From the IMG/VR virus record IMGVR_UViG_3300032373_000026, positions 1-45,583 of that record: 45,583 nucleotides of DNA; one strand, written 5' to 3'. Source of the stretch: a virus. Taxonomy: Duplodnaviria; Caudoviricetes. Below the pieces are notes generated by a model. That model was not told where the DNA came from, did not search any database, and saw only the letters and a list, made by a program, of their open reading frames with translations. Of the stretch, positions 1-10,087 are shown one piece after another. A program made the position numbers and the translations under genes. Each line of letters opens with the position of its first letter. Position 1 is the stretch's first letter.

Positions 1-93
1 TTCGAAAGTGGTCTCGTCAGTCGTCTCTGCGTGCACGGCAGCGACAAGATCGTAAAAGGCTGACGCCAGTTGGGCGGTGTTGATCGTAGCCAT
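1..93 (-). CDS. Partial hypothetical tail-region protein (MATINTAQLASAFYDLVAAVHAETTDETTFE..., runs off the window)
   Basis: ATG at 93-91 overlaps the TGA of the upstream tail gene (TGATG coupling); open to position 1. Confidence 0.7.
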   Translation of the reverse strand, partial: MATINTAQLASAFYDLVAAVHAETTDETTFE

Positions 94-3000
94 CAGTTAT
101 TCCTTGTCGGGCCGTCGCGCTGGGCCAACACTTTCAGATTGATGTTTTCCATGGTCATGCCGGCGGCGGCCGACTGCCCGCCATCGATGTACTGGCCACC
201 GACGGCGCGCTTCTCGAGCGAGATCGTGTAGGTGTGGTCTCCGGCGGCAGGAGCATCAGCCGTGTTGGCCGAAAACGAGGGACGAATCTCCTCACCTGCG
301 GACGACTGGTTACCAGAAACATTGCCTTCGGCCTGGCCCGCACCAACGTGGCGCTCAACTCGGCGGATCTCGGTGGCACCCCGCTTGATGACTTCCCAGA
401 AATAGACCCACTTGGCTGAGTTGGCGGGCAGCACCACCTCGTATGACCAGTCGAGGTCAACGGCATCGCCAGCTTTCACGGTGATCGCGCTGGTCGAGCC
501 GGTGAAGTTGTGAACGTCGGTCGCTGTGTAAGCCGGTGAGCCGGTCAACCAGGTGTGCGAGGCCGTGAAGTGGCGACCACGGTCCGCGATCAAGCCAGTC
601 TCAACCCCGCCGAGCTGGACACCGCCATTCGAACTGTCGAACAGCAGCGTGTCATCAGGCTTGCGCAAGCGTAGCCGACCATCGGCCGCGAAATCCAACT
701 CGAAAACCCGGGTGGTGCCATCATCGGCAACGCCGTAGATCACATCATTGATGGCATCTATGAAGAAGCGCGGATTGTCGAAGTCCGCTCCGAAACCAAA
801 CAGCTGCGCCGCAAAGCGCAGAACGGATGAAGCCGTTCCATCCGATTGACGCGCAGCCAGCTGGATCGCTGCGAAAGCATCGCCTGCAGAAACTTGAATA
901 ATGCGCGCCGCAAACGCCTCTTCCGCAGTTGAATACACGGACACCGAATCCTGTCCGACAGCGCGGAAGGCAGACAGATCTTCCCAGACCAGCGCACGGA
1001 TCTCAATCCGGCCCGTATTGCCGGTCCTGTAAATCACAGGCCGCCAACTTTCATCGGCCATCGCCTCAGTCGCAGTGATCTCGTAAGACGCTTCGCGCCA
1101 CTCGTTCACGCTGCCTGCCGTCACCGACGACCAGCGGTTGGTCGAGCTGCCCGTGTCCAACGGGTCGGCGCGGAAACCGACGCTCACTGTGCCTACGGTT
1201 CCGGTCGTCCAGCGCCAGATCGCTGTTACACGATAGCGGCGGCCAGGTTTGGGATTGAAGCGGGCTCGCGAACCAAAGGAAATGGTCGAGGTCGTGGAAT
1301 ACACGACCGGCCCGACACTGCTGATGCTGTCTTCCGTCCAGCCCGTGAACGCCGCCGCCGAATAATCCAGACCTGCCAGATCGGTGGTGAAGAAGTCCTC
1401 TGCGTCAGACACGTCCGTTTTAGCCGAGGCACCATATTGAGCCGCCAAGATCGCATTGGCCGCCGCCGCAGCCCGATGAGTATCGGCCGTGGCGGCGCTG
1501 TTAGATGATGCCGTGGCGCTGTTGCCCGCCGCCGTCGCGGAATTGGACGCCGCTGTCGACGACGACGACGCATTGGTGGACGCGGTCGCGGCCTGCGTTG
1601 CACTGGTCGCGGCATTCGAGGCGGCGGTCTGGGCCTCGGTGCGCAGCGTCAGCGTGGCCGCCGCCTCTTCGCCCGCCGAGGTCGCTGACGCCGAAGCATC
1701 AGAGGCAAACCCGCTTGCGGCAGATGCACTGTCGCCTGCTGCATCACTGGCCGAGGCCGCAGCGGTGGCGGATGTCGATGCGGTAGAAGCACTGTCACCA
1801 GCCGCCGTTGCCGATGTCGCTGCGGTAGAGGCCGATCCGCTGGCGGCCGTCGCACTATTGCCAGCGGCGGTCTCGCTCGCGGCAGCAGCGGTGGCCGAGG
1901 TGGAAGCCGCCGACGCGCTGTCACCAGCGGCGGTGGCCGCCGTCTGAGCCGTGCCCGAAAACCCGCTGGCGGCCGTCGCACTATTGCCAGCGGCGGTCTC
2001 GCTCGCGGCCGCAGCGGTAGCCGAGGTAGAGGCCGCCGACGCACTGTTGCCGGCATTGCCCGCATAGGTAAACGCCTGGTCGCGATAGCCCGCTGATGCG
2101 GTGGCAGCATTCCCGGCGGTCGTGGCCGAGCTGGAAGCGACAATGGAGAATTGTTCGGCCTGATCGGTCCAGTCCTGCACCTCGAGGAGGAAGGCATTGG
2201 CCGTGCCGAATGTACCCCACACCCCATCAATCTCGGCCCGTATCCGGTCGCGCCGATCCAGCGCTTCACGGATGATCACCTCAGCCATGACCTCGCCATC
2301 ATCAACGGATTGAGCAACCCGATCAGATGCGACACCGCCGACACTCACCGCATCCGTCGCCACAAGGCTACCCGTGGTGTAGGGGCCGAGGATGAGGCTT
2401 GCCGATGCCGGGTCGATAACCCCGAATGCATTGCGATAGGCTAGTCGGACGTAATAGGTCTCATTGGCCAGCAGACCTTCAAGGATAAAGCTCTCGGTGC
2501 CGGGCGGGTATTCGCCCTTGAGGTTCCAGGGGCCGCTGTTTGAATTCTGACTGGTGTAGGCAAGGATGCCGGTGATGCCGGTTGGGTGTGCGGTTTCGCC
2601 TGCATCAATCGTAACGGCCGGCACCTCCACGCCATCGGTCACGGTTATGCTGCCGCCAACTCCGCCCCACTCGTCTGACGTTGGAGTGGCGACGGAGGTC
2701 GGGTCATAGCCCGCACCCGTTGCTGCGGTCGGGAGCGTGGCGACAGTGCCGCCCGTGTAAACGTCCGGGTGATCGGTTTCCAAGGCGAGCCAGGCCGCGC
2801 CGCCCGGATCCACTTTCTTGGCCCGGACCCGAAAATAACGCTCGTCAAAGCCAAAGCGTGTCAGGGTGAGCTTGACCGGCTGGCCGACTCTGACATTGAC
2901 CGCGCGCCACCCGAACGGGGCCTCAAACATGCCTCTCTGGCGAGACTTGTTCAGCCGGATGCGCAGGAGTTTTTGTCCCTGGTCGCTGTCCTGCACGGCG

Positions 3001-4211
3001 TCAAGCCTGACATTGGTGCGGACCTTCTCGCCGTCCGCCGTTTCATAGGCGGTGTCGCGCATGAGAGGCAGCGGACGGAGCTGATAGAGCGCGTCCGGGT
3101 CAATAAACTGCCCGACGATCTGATTATACGCCGACTGTGCCAGCGGCATTTCCGGGCGCCAGTCGCACTCACCGACAACATCGTCATCCGTGAACTCGGT
3201 CAGCGAGCCGTCGAAATCATCGACCTGGATGCGCAGGGTATAGAGCCCGCCCGCATCGCTGACCTTGCCCGCGCAAGCCTGCTCCAAGACACCGAGATTC
3301 GTCGCGTGATTGTCGCCGGTCGAGAGCAGGCAGTCGGCGTAATATTCTTCCGCCTCGCACTCATTGGCCGCCGTGATGAAAGACGAAAAGTCGATATCAT
3401 CCGGGTCGATTCCCATGCCATGCACGAGCACCCATTCTGACGTGCTCGGGTTCTGGACATACCAGCCCAGCAGATAATGCAGGATTTGCAGGGCTGGATT
3501 GCGACCGATCGGTTGGCCGTTGCTGTCCGTGGTTGTGAATGCCCATGTCGACTGATCGTCGGCACGATGAGAGCCGGTGCCGCCGCGCGTGCTGTCCAGA
3601 CGCGGATCATAGACCAGCGCGCCCTTGCCAACCGGCGTGATGCGGGTCGGGAAGCCACGGGGCAGCTTTTCCTGAGACCAGACCCATTTAAGGACCATAT
3701 AGGCCATGCCGGTCATGGAGGCGGATTCGCCCGATCCGGTTGCCCACTTCGCCCCGGCTCCCACGCCGCTCAAGGTGCTGCCAGATGAGCCGACCAGTTC
3801 GGTCTTGATGCTCAAGGCACCCGCATAGGTGCCCGTGGCATTGCCGGACCCGTCAAAGCTGACAAGTTCATCCTCGACATAAAGCGCATCGAAAGACGTG
3901 ATTTCGTGGCCTGCGAGTGCGATCACCTCGTCATAATTGGATTGACCTTCGTAGACCTCCCAATATCGCGTGTCCGTGCCGAGGGCCGTGGTGCCGAATG
4001 CGATCTTGCGGAAGGCTTCAGGCTCTAGACTCTTGTTCAGGCGACCGGAAGTCGCTTCCGACACGGAGGGCATATTGACCTTGGGCTGCAAGGCTGATGC
4101 GGCGATACCACCACCAAGCGCCATGACAGCGAGCGGCCATGTCGTGCCGCCCATGAAAACACCAGCGACAATGAGGCCAATACCAACAACCGCGCGGACA
4201 ACCTTAGACAT
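93..4211 (-). CDS. Tail tip/host-specificity protein (J-like N-terminal hub, FN3-like region, Ala/Ser/Thr stalk, putative carbohydrate-binding region)
   Basis: 1372 aa; 'GALVYDPRLDST..G.G.HR.DD..TW', 'NPAL.ILHYL', 'YYVRLAYRNAFG'; follows TMP/Dit/NlpC genes. Confidence 0.85.
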   Translation of the reverse strand: MSKVVRAVVGIGLIVAGVFMGGTTWPLAVMALGGGIAASALQPKVNMPSVSEATSGRLNKSLEPEAFRKIAFGTTALGTDTRYWEVYEGQSNYDEVIALAGHEITSFDALYVEDELVSFDGSGNATGTYAGALSIKTELVGSSGSTLSGVGAGAKWATGSGESASMTGMAYMVLKWVWSQEKLPRGFPTRITPVGKGALVYDPRLDSTRGGTGSHRADDQSTWAFTTTDSNGQPIGRNPALQILHYLLGWYVQNPSTSEWVLVHGMGIDPDDIDFSSFITAANECEAEEYYADCLLSTGDNHATNLGVLEQACAGKVSDAGGLYTLRIQVDDFDGSLTEFTDDDVVGECDWRPEMPLAQSAYNQIVGQFIDPDALYQLRPLPLMRDTAYETADGEKVRTNVRLDAVQDSDQGQKLLRIRLNKSRQRGMFEAPFGWRAVNVRVGQPVKLTLTRFGFDERYFRVRAKKVDPGGAAWLALETDHPDVYTGGTVATLPTAATGAGYDPTSVATPTSDEWGGVGGSITVTDGVEVPAVTIDAGETAHPTGITGILAYTSQNSNSGPWNLKGEYPPGTESFILEGLLANETYYVRLAYRNAFGVIDPASASLILGPYTTGSLVATDAVSVGGVASDRVAQSVDDGEVMAEVIIREALDRRDRIRAEIDGVWGTFGTANAFLLEVQDWTDQAEQFSIVASSSATTAGNAATASAGYRDQAFTYAGNAGNSASAASTSATAAAASETAAGNSATAASGFSGTAQTAATAAGDSASAASTSATAAAASETAAGNSATAASGSASTAATSATAAGDSASTASTSATAAASASDAAGDSASAASGFASDASASATSAGEEAAATLTLRTEAQTAASNAATSATQAATASTNASSSSTAASNSATAAGNSATASSNSAATADTHRAAAAANAILAAQYGASAKTDVSDAEDFFTTDLAGLDYSAAAFTGWTEDSISSVGPVVYSTTSTISFGSRARFNPKPGRRYRVTAIWRWTTGTVGTVSVGFRADPLDTGSSTNRWSSVTAGSVNEWREASYEITATEAMADESWRPVIYRTGNTGRIEIRALVWEDLSAFRAVGQDSVSVYSTAEEAFAARIIQVSAGDAFAAIQLAARQSDGTASSVLRFAAQLFGFGADFDNPRFFIDAINDVIYGVADDGTTRVFELDFAADGRLRLRKPDDTLLFDSSNGGVQLGGVETGLIADRGRHFTASHTWLTGSPAYTATDVHNFTGSTSAITVKAGDAVDLDWSYEVVLPANSAKWVYFWEVIKRGATEIRRVERHVGAGQAEGNVSGNQSSAGEEIRPSFSANTADAPAAGDHTYTISLEKRAVGGQYIDGGQSAAAGMTMENINLKVLAQRDGPTRNN
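1837..2046. repeat. Near-identical ~84-bp direct repeats (126-bp period) in the Ala/Ser/Thr stalk of the tail protein
   Basis: ccgctggcggccgtcgcactattgccagcggcggtctcgctcgcggc at 1837 and 1963; encodes the repeated SASAASTSATAAAASETAAGNSATAASG. Confidence 0.9.
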
Positions 4212-4641
4212 GCCAGCAAGCCTCCAGCTCGGCGCGCGGAACGCGGACCAGACCTTCGCGGTTGAGGGCGTCGCCCATCATCTCGCAGCCGATGAAAATG
4301 CCGTCCGCGCCGGACATGACGCCGATGCAGCCTTGGAAACTGACCAGATCGCCCGTTCTGGCGAACACAGGGGGGCGAGGAGCGCCGAATAGCTGCGTCA
4401 TGAGGGCAGAGGGTGTATCGACGCCCGCGCGCTTCTTGAGCTGCTTGAATGCGCCGATCTTGCCCCTATAGGTTCCACGCCAGCCGCGCGCGAAGTCAGC
4501 CTCGTCACCGCGCACCGCCTGTACAGCGCCCGCCGCCAAGCCGATGCAGCAATCCCAGCCACCCCATTGAAATGCGCGCACGGCGTTGTTCGCGAGGAAG
4601 GTGTTCAACCTCGCGCGCCAGTCTCGATGTCTTTGCGTCAT
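4204..4641 (-). CDS. NlpC/P60-like tail-associated protein (DUF6950-like)
   Basis: 'FQWGGWDCC' and 'ARTGDLV' motifs; position just before the tail tip gene. Confidence 0.75.
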   Translation of the reverse strand: MTQRHRDWRARLNTFLANNAVRAFQWGGWDCCIGLAAGAVQAVRGDEADFARGWRGTYRGKIGAFKQLKKRAGVDTPSALMTQLFGAPRPPVFARTGDLVSFQGCIGVMSGADGIFIGCEMMGDALNREGLVRVPRAELEACWHV

Positions 4642-5273
4642 CTGACCCTGAAATCCGTTCCAGAGGTTCCCCGCGTCCCGCCATCAGGGTTGGAACTCGT
4701 CGATTGCCCGGTGCTGCCGATATCGGCTCGCTTGTTGGCGAGGTCGTGAACCCAATCCTGGCTCTTATCGGTCGGGTCGATATCGCGTTGCTCGCTGTAG
4801 CGGGTGCCAAGGGCATCACCAGAGCGGGCAGCGAAGCCTTCAATGTTCAGCGTGATCAGCGCGCTATCCTCGCCCTGCACCATGCGCAGATCATCCATGC
4901 GCCCGACCTTCTGGCGCTGCGGTGTGTAGGCCAGCGCGCCGGCATCATTCATGTAGGACAGCCAGATCACCGCCCGGCGGCGACGCCATACCCGGCCATC
5001 GGCAATCACCTGCTTGAAAAGCGGCAGAGCGGGATCCACGCCAGACATTTCAAGGCGGGTCGGGCCGGATCCGTTCTCGTCTTCCACGATCTCGCCAATA
5101 TCGGCGAGGCCGGAGCTCGACAACCAGTCGCCGTCAAGCGTGCTGTCCCCGGTCGAGGAAAGCGTGACGCCCATCGGCCCGGTCCACATTTTCAGCGGGT
5201 CATCAGCGATATCGAGGTAGACGAACCAGACAGGCCGGACGACAACCGATTCAGCTTCGCTAGAGAACGTCAT
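4638..5273 (-). CDS. Minor tail/baseplate hub protein
   Basis: Synteny between Dit and NlpC genes; 'GRMDD', 'RYSEQR..DPTD' resemble siphophage minor tail proteins; overlap-coupled. Confidence 0.65.
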   Translation of the reverse strand: MTFSSEAESVVVRPVWFVYLDIADDPLKMWTGPMGVTLSSTGDSTLDGDWLSSSGLADIGEIVEDENGSGPTRLEMSGVDPALPLFKQVIADGRVWRRRRAVIWLSYMNDAGALAYTPQRQKVGRMDDLRMVQGEDSALITLNIEGFAARSGDALGTRYSEQRDIDPTDKSQDWVHDLANKRADIGSTGQSTSSNPDGGTRGTSGTDFRVR

Positions 5274-5881
5274 CAGAAGTGCTCCGCGCCTTCAAAAGTG
5301 AACGCAGACCTGCGACCGGGAAGGCCGCGCCAGCGGGCGGTGTTGCTGTCCGTGGACGCGCACAGGAAATACGGGGCCGCAATCTCAAGGTCGGCATCAT
5401 CGGCCGGGCTGGTGCGAAGGGGGGCGTCGAAGGTAACTTGCCCCTCTCCGCTGCCATCGGCTGTCAGATCGGCACTCACCACGAAGCACTGATCCACAAC
5501 CGTGAAGATGTCGCCAGCCTCGAAGATCGCGGCGCTTGGCGTCATGCCCTTCAAATTCAGCGCGAACCCGGTCTGGCTTGCCCCATCAACCTTGATCGCG
5601 CCGGAATAGCCCGTGGCCGGGCCGAAATACTGCGGCATCGGACACTGAAACCAGTTCTCACGGCCTCGCAGGGCCATCTTGAACTTGCGCCACTCCCCGG
5701 CCTCGGTATCGGTGCGCGGGGCAAAGCTGACCGAGACCATCCAGCAAGACGCGGACGGATAGGAAAGCACCTGGCGCTTTTTCGTGAAGAGCGACCGGGT
5801 TTCAAAATCCCGGCGTTCCAGCCAGACATCGCTATCCGTCAGGATCGAGAGAAATGAGCTGGGAGCGGTGATGAGGGACAT
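5273..5881 (-). CDS. Distal tail protein-like minor tail protein
   Basis: Immediately downstream of TMP; 'F...LRGR...F', 'VDGASQTG', 'F..PLR.SPAD'. Confidence 0.65.
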   Translation of the reverse strand: MSLITAPSSFLSILTDSDVWLERRDFETRSLFTKKRQVLSYPSASCWMVSVSFAPRTDTEAGEWRKFKMALRGRENWFQCPMPQYFGPATGYSGAIKVDGASQTGFALNLKGMTPSAAIFEAGDIFTVVDQCFVVSADLTADGSGEGQVTFDAPLRTSPADDADLEIAAPYFLCASTDSNTARWRGLPGRRSAFTFEGAEHF

Positions 5882-8742
5882 CAATAACCCCTTGCGCTGA
5901 TTTGCGGACGGGCGAGGCGTTCAATCTTCGCATTGGTGTCTTTGGCGCTGATGCGGGTGGACTGCACCACGGCCTGTTCCGCGCCCTCGCGAACGGCGGC
6001 GTAAACCTCCTCACGAGAGACATCAGAACCGGCGCTGATCGTGCCGATGTTGACGGTGACACCGCCCCGGTCATTTGCGCCCCGGTCATTGGCGGCACCA
6101 CGCGGGATCACGTCGATGCGTTCGCCCTGGCCGACGCGGGCGACCGGCGAGCCGTTGATACTCATGACATTCTTGTCAATGCCGGGATTGCCGCCGATCA
6201 TGATCGAGCCGCCCGAATTTAGCCCGGGAAGCCCACCAAGAGCGGCCATGCCTTGCGACAGGGCGAACGCCGCAGCCATTCCCGCCATTGCCGGGACAGA
6301 GTTGGCCCCAAAGCTCGCGAGAGAGACGGCGGCAGCGGCGGGTGCCCACGCGGCTGCAACCGTTGTCGCCTGCCCCACTGACGCTGCCGTGGCGGCGGTC
6401 GCGATGGTCTGCCCGATGGCCTGATTGACCAGCCATTGAATGCCGAGTTGGACGAATGACGAGATGAGCTGTGCGACCGCATTGCGGGCCACATTCATCA
6501 ACGCGCCGCCAAGGTCTTCCGCGAACACGATGGATCGCCCGATGGCGTCACCGAAGCCTTGCGAGATCGACTGCGCTGCTGACCCGAAAGCGTCCCGCAT
6601 GGCGAAAGCGACGTTCTGCGACCGGATCGCCACTTTATCGAGACCGGCCAGAATGCCGTCGATCCATGAGGCCTGCCCGCTATCGACCGACGCTTGCAGC
6701 ATGGCCGATTTGGCTTCACGCATGCGCATGGTGAATTGGCTTTGCGTGATCTGGCCTTCGTCCAGGAGCTGATTGATCGCGAGAAGCGTGGTGCGGTACT
6801 GTTCAGCCGGCGCGTTGATCTGCTCATAGATCCATTTGGCTTCGTTCTGTGCGTCGGTCAGCCCCTCGACCTTGCGGATCGCAAGCTCTGTGGTCTCAGC
6901 CTCATCCTCCGTTGCCGCCGTCAGGGCGATTGTCGTATCTCGCGCACGGCGCCGTTCACGATCCCGGTTGCGCTCCTCGACAAGCAGCAAGGCGACTTGG
7001 CCGCGAAGCTCTTCAGTCGCACCAGCGGCGCGGAGCCGACGCTCAAATTGCTGATCCTCAAGCTCCGCAAGGCTTCGCTGTGCGCGTGCCAGCTCCCGCG
7101 CCGCTGCCGCCCGATTGGTCGAGCCCCGCCCGTCAACAGTAGAGGCGTCAAACATGGCCTGTGCGCGTGCGACGTTGCTGCGTTCCAGTGCGAGCGCCCG
7201 ATTGGCCTCTGCGTCTGCCGCCGCCTGTGTTGCCTCGGCTTCTGCCAACAGAACACGGGACTGCTGAAGCGAGGCTCCGCGCATTCGATCCTGAATGCCT
7301 TCGACATCCTGCAAGCGCGCAAACAGGTCAGCATATCGAGCCTCGACCTGTTGGACTGGCGTTCGGTGCGCAACCCAAGCCGCTGTCAGCAAGCCGACCG
7401 CAGTGATCATCAACCCGACCGGACCAAGAGCAAAGCGAACCGCCGCCCCAAGCGCCTGGCTCATCACAATGGCCGCGCCGCCCTGGACGGTCAGGAGCTG
7501 AAGCGAAGTCCACCAGATGCCGGTTGCCGCCGACGCCGCGATCATGGAGGCAGCAGCGCTGCCGACCGACTGCACCATCAGGACGCCAGCCGTGACCGCA
7601 GCCGCCTTCATGGCGATCTCAAGAGCGAGCGAGGCATCTTCCGCCCCGGTCAGAACCCGAATTGTTTCTTCGGCGGCCGGCACAATGCCGGACAGCATCA
7701 CGAGGCCGAAATCCTCCGCCCGCTCAGCTGCCGTCGCCATGATGACATTCCAACGGGTCGAAAGGCGTTGCGCCATTTGGTCATAGGCTTCGTCAGCCGC
7801 CCCGGCGCGGTCAGCCATTTGATCCATGATCTGCGCAAAGCGAACCCCGCCCTGCCCGGCCAGCGACAGCACTGCCGTACCGGCCTCGACCGATCCGAAC
7901 AGCGTGGTCAGGGCGTCGCGGCTACCACCTGTGCGTTCCGCGACGTGCTCCATGAAGCCGAGGAAGCCCATGCTTTCGACAGCTGCGGAGTTGAAAGAGA
8001 TGCCGAGTTGATCAGCCAGCTCTGCGGCTTGCTGCGAAGGTTGAAGGGTCGCGTTCAGCGCGGCCCGAATGCCGGTCACAGCGAGCTCCGTGGATTGACC
8101 CTGCGTCGTCAGAGCGGACACGCCGCCAACCAGCTCATCAAGGCCAATGCCCAGCGCGCTCGCAATCGGGATCGCTCGGCCAAGGCCAGCCGACAATTCA
8201 TTGATCGTCGTGACGCCCGTCCGAACGCCCGTGAACAAAATATCCGAGGCGTCCGCCGCTGAAAGGTTTTCAGCCGCGTAAGCGTTCGTCGCCGCGTTCA
8301 GGATCGCAATCGAGCCGGTCAGATCGGCAGCGCCGCCAATGGCCAGCCGGTTTGCAGCATCAACGCGGGCAATCGCTTCCGCACTGTCCGTCGCGCCAGC
8401 CGAAACGGCGGCGTAAAATGCCTGCGCCTGTGCACGGGTGCCGGTGCCGAACGAGGCCCCGAACGCCTGCGACGCTTCCGTCATGGCCACCAGATCGCGG
8501 GTCGCACCGGGAATGAGCGTGCTCAACTCACCAATCGCCGCGTCAAGCTGACGAGCCTGCGCAATGGAGGAAGTGAGCGAGAATGCCGCCCCAAAGGCAG
8601 CGCCAAGGGCGCCGACCGAGCGCACCAGCCCGCCAATGCGTGTGCCCAGGCGCGTGGTTGTGCCGTCGAGCTTGTCGAGCCGGCGCTCTGCCGTGACCGC
8701 ATCGCGCGTATCAAACCGATAGCCCAGTTCTGCGACATCCAT
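5881..8742 (-). CDS. Tail tape measure protein (TP901-like core)
   Basis: 953 aa, Ala-rich helical; 'DILF..VR.G.TT..EL', 'LFGSVEA'; position after the chaperone region. Confidence 0.92.
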   Translation of the reverse strand: MDVAELGYRFDTRDAVTAERRLDKLDGTTTRLGTRIGGLVRSVGALGAAFGAAFSLTSSIAQARQLDAAIGELSTLIPGATRDLVAMTEASQAFGASFGTGTRAQAQAFYAAVSAGATDSAEAIARVDAANRLAIGGAADLTGSIAILNAATNAYAAENLSAADASDILFTGVRTGVTTINELSAGLGRAIPIASALGIGLDELVGGVSALTTQGQSTELAVTGIRAALNATLQPSQQAAELADQLGISFNSAAVESMGFLGFMEHVAERTGGSRDALTTLFGSVEAGTAVLSLAGQGGVRFAQIMDQMADRAGAADEAYDQMAQRLSTRWNVIMATAAERAEDFGLVMLSGIVPAAEETIRVLTGAEDASLALEIAMKAAAVTAGVLMVQSVGSAAASMIAASAATGIWWTSLQLLTVQGGAAIVMSQALGAAVRFALGPVGLMITAVGLLTAAWVAHRTPVQQVEARYADLFARLQDVEGIQDRMRGASLQQSRVLLAEAEATQAAADAEANRALALERSNVARAQAMFDASTVDGRGSTNRAAAARELARAQRSLAELEDQQFERRLRAAGATEELRGQVALLLVEERNRDRERRRARDTTIALTAATEDEAETTELAIRKVEGLTDAQNEAKWIYEQINAPAEQYRTTLLAINQLLDEGQITQSQFTMRMREAKSAMLQASVDSGQASWIDGILAGLDKVAIRSQNVAFAMRDAFGSAAQSISQGFGDAIGRSIVFAEDLGGALMNVARNAVAQLISSFVQLGIQWLVNQAIGQTIATAATAASVGQATTVAAAWAPAAAAVSLASFGANSVPAMAGMAAAFALSQGMAALGGLPGLNSGGSIMIGGNPGIDKNVMSINGSPVARVGQGERIDVIPRGAANDRGANDRGGVTVNIGTISAGSDVSREEVYAAVREGAEQAVVQSTRISAKDTNAKIERLARPQISARGY

Positions 8743-8760
8743 TGGCTACACTCCGGGCAT

Positions 8761-8790
8761 GAAAAAGCCGCTCTGTCAGGAGCGGCGAAA
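8761..8790 (-). terminator. Intrinsic terminator upstream of TMP
   Basis: Minus strand GCCGCTC-CTGACA-GAGCGGC followed by TTTTTC. Confidence 0.7.
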
Positions 8791-8792
8791 AC

Positions 8793-8845
8793 GTACCGGG
8801 TTGCGGCACATAATAGTTGACAGACGTACCGGCAAGGGGTACAAA
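8793..8845 (+). promoter_or_regulatory. higBA sigma70 promoter with overlapping palindromic operators
   Basis: TTGACA(8817)-17 bp-TACAAA(8840); GTACC-N7-GGTAC at 8826-8842 and a degenerate copy GTACCG..CGGCAC at 8793-8809. Confidence 0.7.
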
Positions 8846-8869
8846 AGATCATCGAAAGGGAACGAACCA

Positions 8870-9151
8870 ATGATCCGCAGCTTTGCCGACAAGAGCACCG
8901 AGAAAGTCTTCTACGGCGAAATGCCGAAAGGCTTTCAAAACGAGTTGTTTGGTCGGGCGCGCCGGATACTGGAGCGCATCCATGGCGCGGATGACGTCAG
9001 CGACCTTCGCGTTCCGCCGTCGATGCGTCTTGAAAAGCTGTCCGGCGACCGCAAGGGCTTCTGGTCAGTTCGTGTGAACGATCAGTTTCGGGTCACATTC
9101 AAGTTCAAGGGCAATGATGCCTTTGAGGTGAAATTCGAGGATTACCACTAA
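8870..9151 (+). CDS. higB: HigB (RelE/ParE family) toxin
   Basis: MIRSFADKSTEK...DLRVPPSMRLEKLSGDRKGFWSVRVNDQFRVTFKF...FEDYH. Confidence 0.95.
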   Translation: MIRSFADKSTEKVFYGEMPKGFQNELFGRARRILERIHGADDVSDLRVPPSMRLEKLSGDRKGFWSVRVNDQFRVTFKFKGNDAFEVKFEDYH

Positions 9152-9187
9152 GCCGGGCGAGCCCGGCGTGCCAAGGAGGGCAGCGAC

Positions 9188-9487
9188 ATGAAGCAACATC
9201 TCATTCCGACCGCGACGGTTGGGGAACATTTGCGGGAAGATTTCCTTCCCGACTACGGCATAAAGGCCCCCACCTTGGCCAAGGCACTTGGCGTGCCGCG
9301 CTCTCGCGTTGTCCGCCTGCTGGAAGGCGCACGCTGCGATGGTGACATGGCGCTTAGGCTGGGCCGACTTTTCGGCACGTCGCCGCAGTCCTGGCTGAAC
9401 CTGCAAGCCCTGCATGATCTGTCCACAGCTCAAGCATCGGCCGGCGCGGAAATCGAGGCCAGCATTACACCGCTTGAGGCGGCCTAG
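9188..9487 (+). CDS. higA: HigA antitoxin (XRE HTH)
   Basis: GEHLREDFL...LAKALGVPRSRV...DMALRLGRLFGTSPQSWLNLQ..HDL; downstream of higB. Confidence 0.95.
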   Translation: MKQHLIPTATVGEHLREDFLPDYGIKAPTLAKALGVPRSRVVRLLEGARCDGDMALRLGRLFGTSPQSWLNLQALHDLSTAQASAGAEIEASITPLEAA

Positions 9488-9547
9488 ATTCGACTCCGAC
9501 CTGCGGTTGTGGCTATCGTTCCCCCTCCTTGAGGGAGGGGAGGGTAA

Positions 9548-10030
9548 ATGAGCGAAGTAGCCACTGAGGCGGGCATTTCAGATTTAACCGCGCTGTGCGA
9601 AACGCTTGAGCGTGAAGCGCCGATGAGCCGCGCCGAAGAGGCGGAGATTTACGAGCGCTTCAAGAGTGCGACCGGGATGGACTACTTCGCCGACCAGGCA
9701 ACGCAAGATACGCAACTCGCCCGTATTCTGGAGTTCAACGCTCGGCTGAACAAAAGCCCACTTCGAAAAGATATGGCGCTCGCATGGAACCGCGAGAACA
9801 AGGACGATCTCGCGATACACGCTAGAAATATTCGCAACCAGTACGAGGCCCGCAAGATCAATGGGGACTGCGTTGCGCCTGCATCTGCAAAGCGCATTGC
9901 AGTCATACTTCGGAGCATGAAGCGCAAGGATCTAGAAGTCCGGTTTCTCCAAGCCTATTGCAAGCACTTTGACCCAGTTGGGAACCGTGCCGCGGGCGAG
10001 CTTCAAAACCGATTGGTGAAACTACTATAG
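9548..10030 (+). CDS. Hypothetical moron protein (helical C-terminus)
   Basis: 160-aa ORF with GGAGGG RBS; opposite strand to the late operon. Confidence 0.75.
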   Translation: MSEVATEAGISDLTALCETLEREAPMSRAEEAEIYERFKSATGMDYFADQATQDTQLARILEFNARLNKSPLRKDMALAWNRENKDDLAIHARNIRNQYEARKINGDCVAPASAKRIAVILRSMKRKDLEVRFLQAYCKHFDPVGNRAAGELQNRLVKLL

Positions 10031-10087
10031 CCTTGCCCTCGATTTTCGCTGCGAGTAGCCTCGCCACCTACAACTCAGGGGATTGAT

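Noticed and set aside
93-2046. Diversity-generating retroelement or invertible tail segment
   Set aside because: No reverse transcriptase or invertase in the window; repeat differences are mainly synonymous, not adenine-specific
6694-8262. 522-aa plus-strand ORF
   Set aside because: Antisense shadow of the tape measure gene in GC-rich DNA; no recognisable motifs
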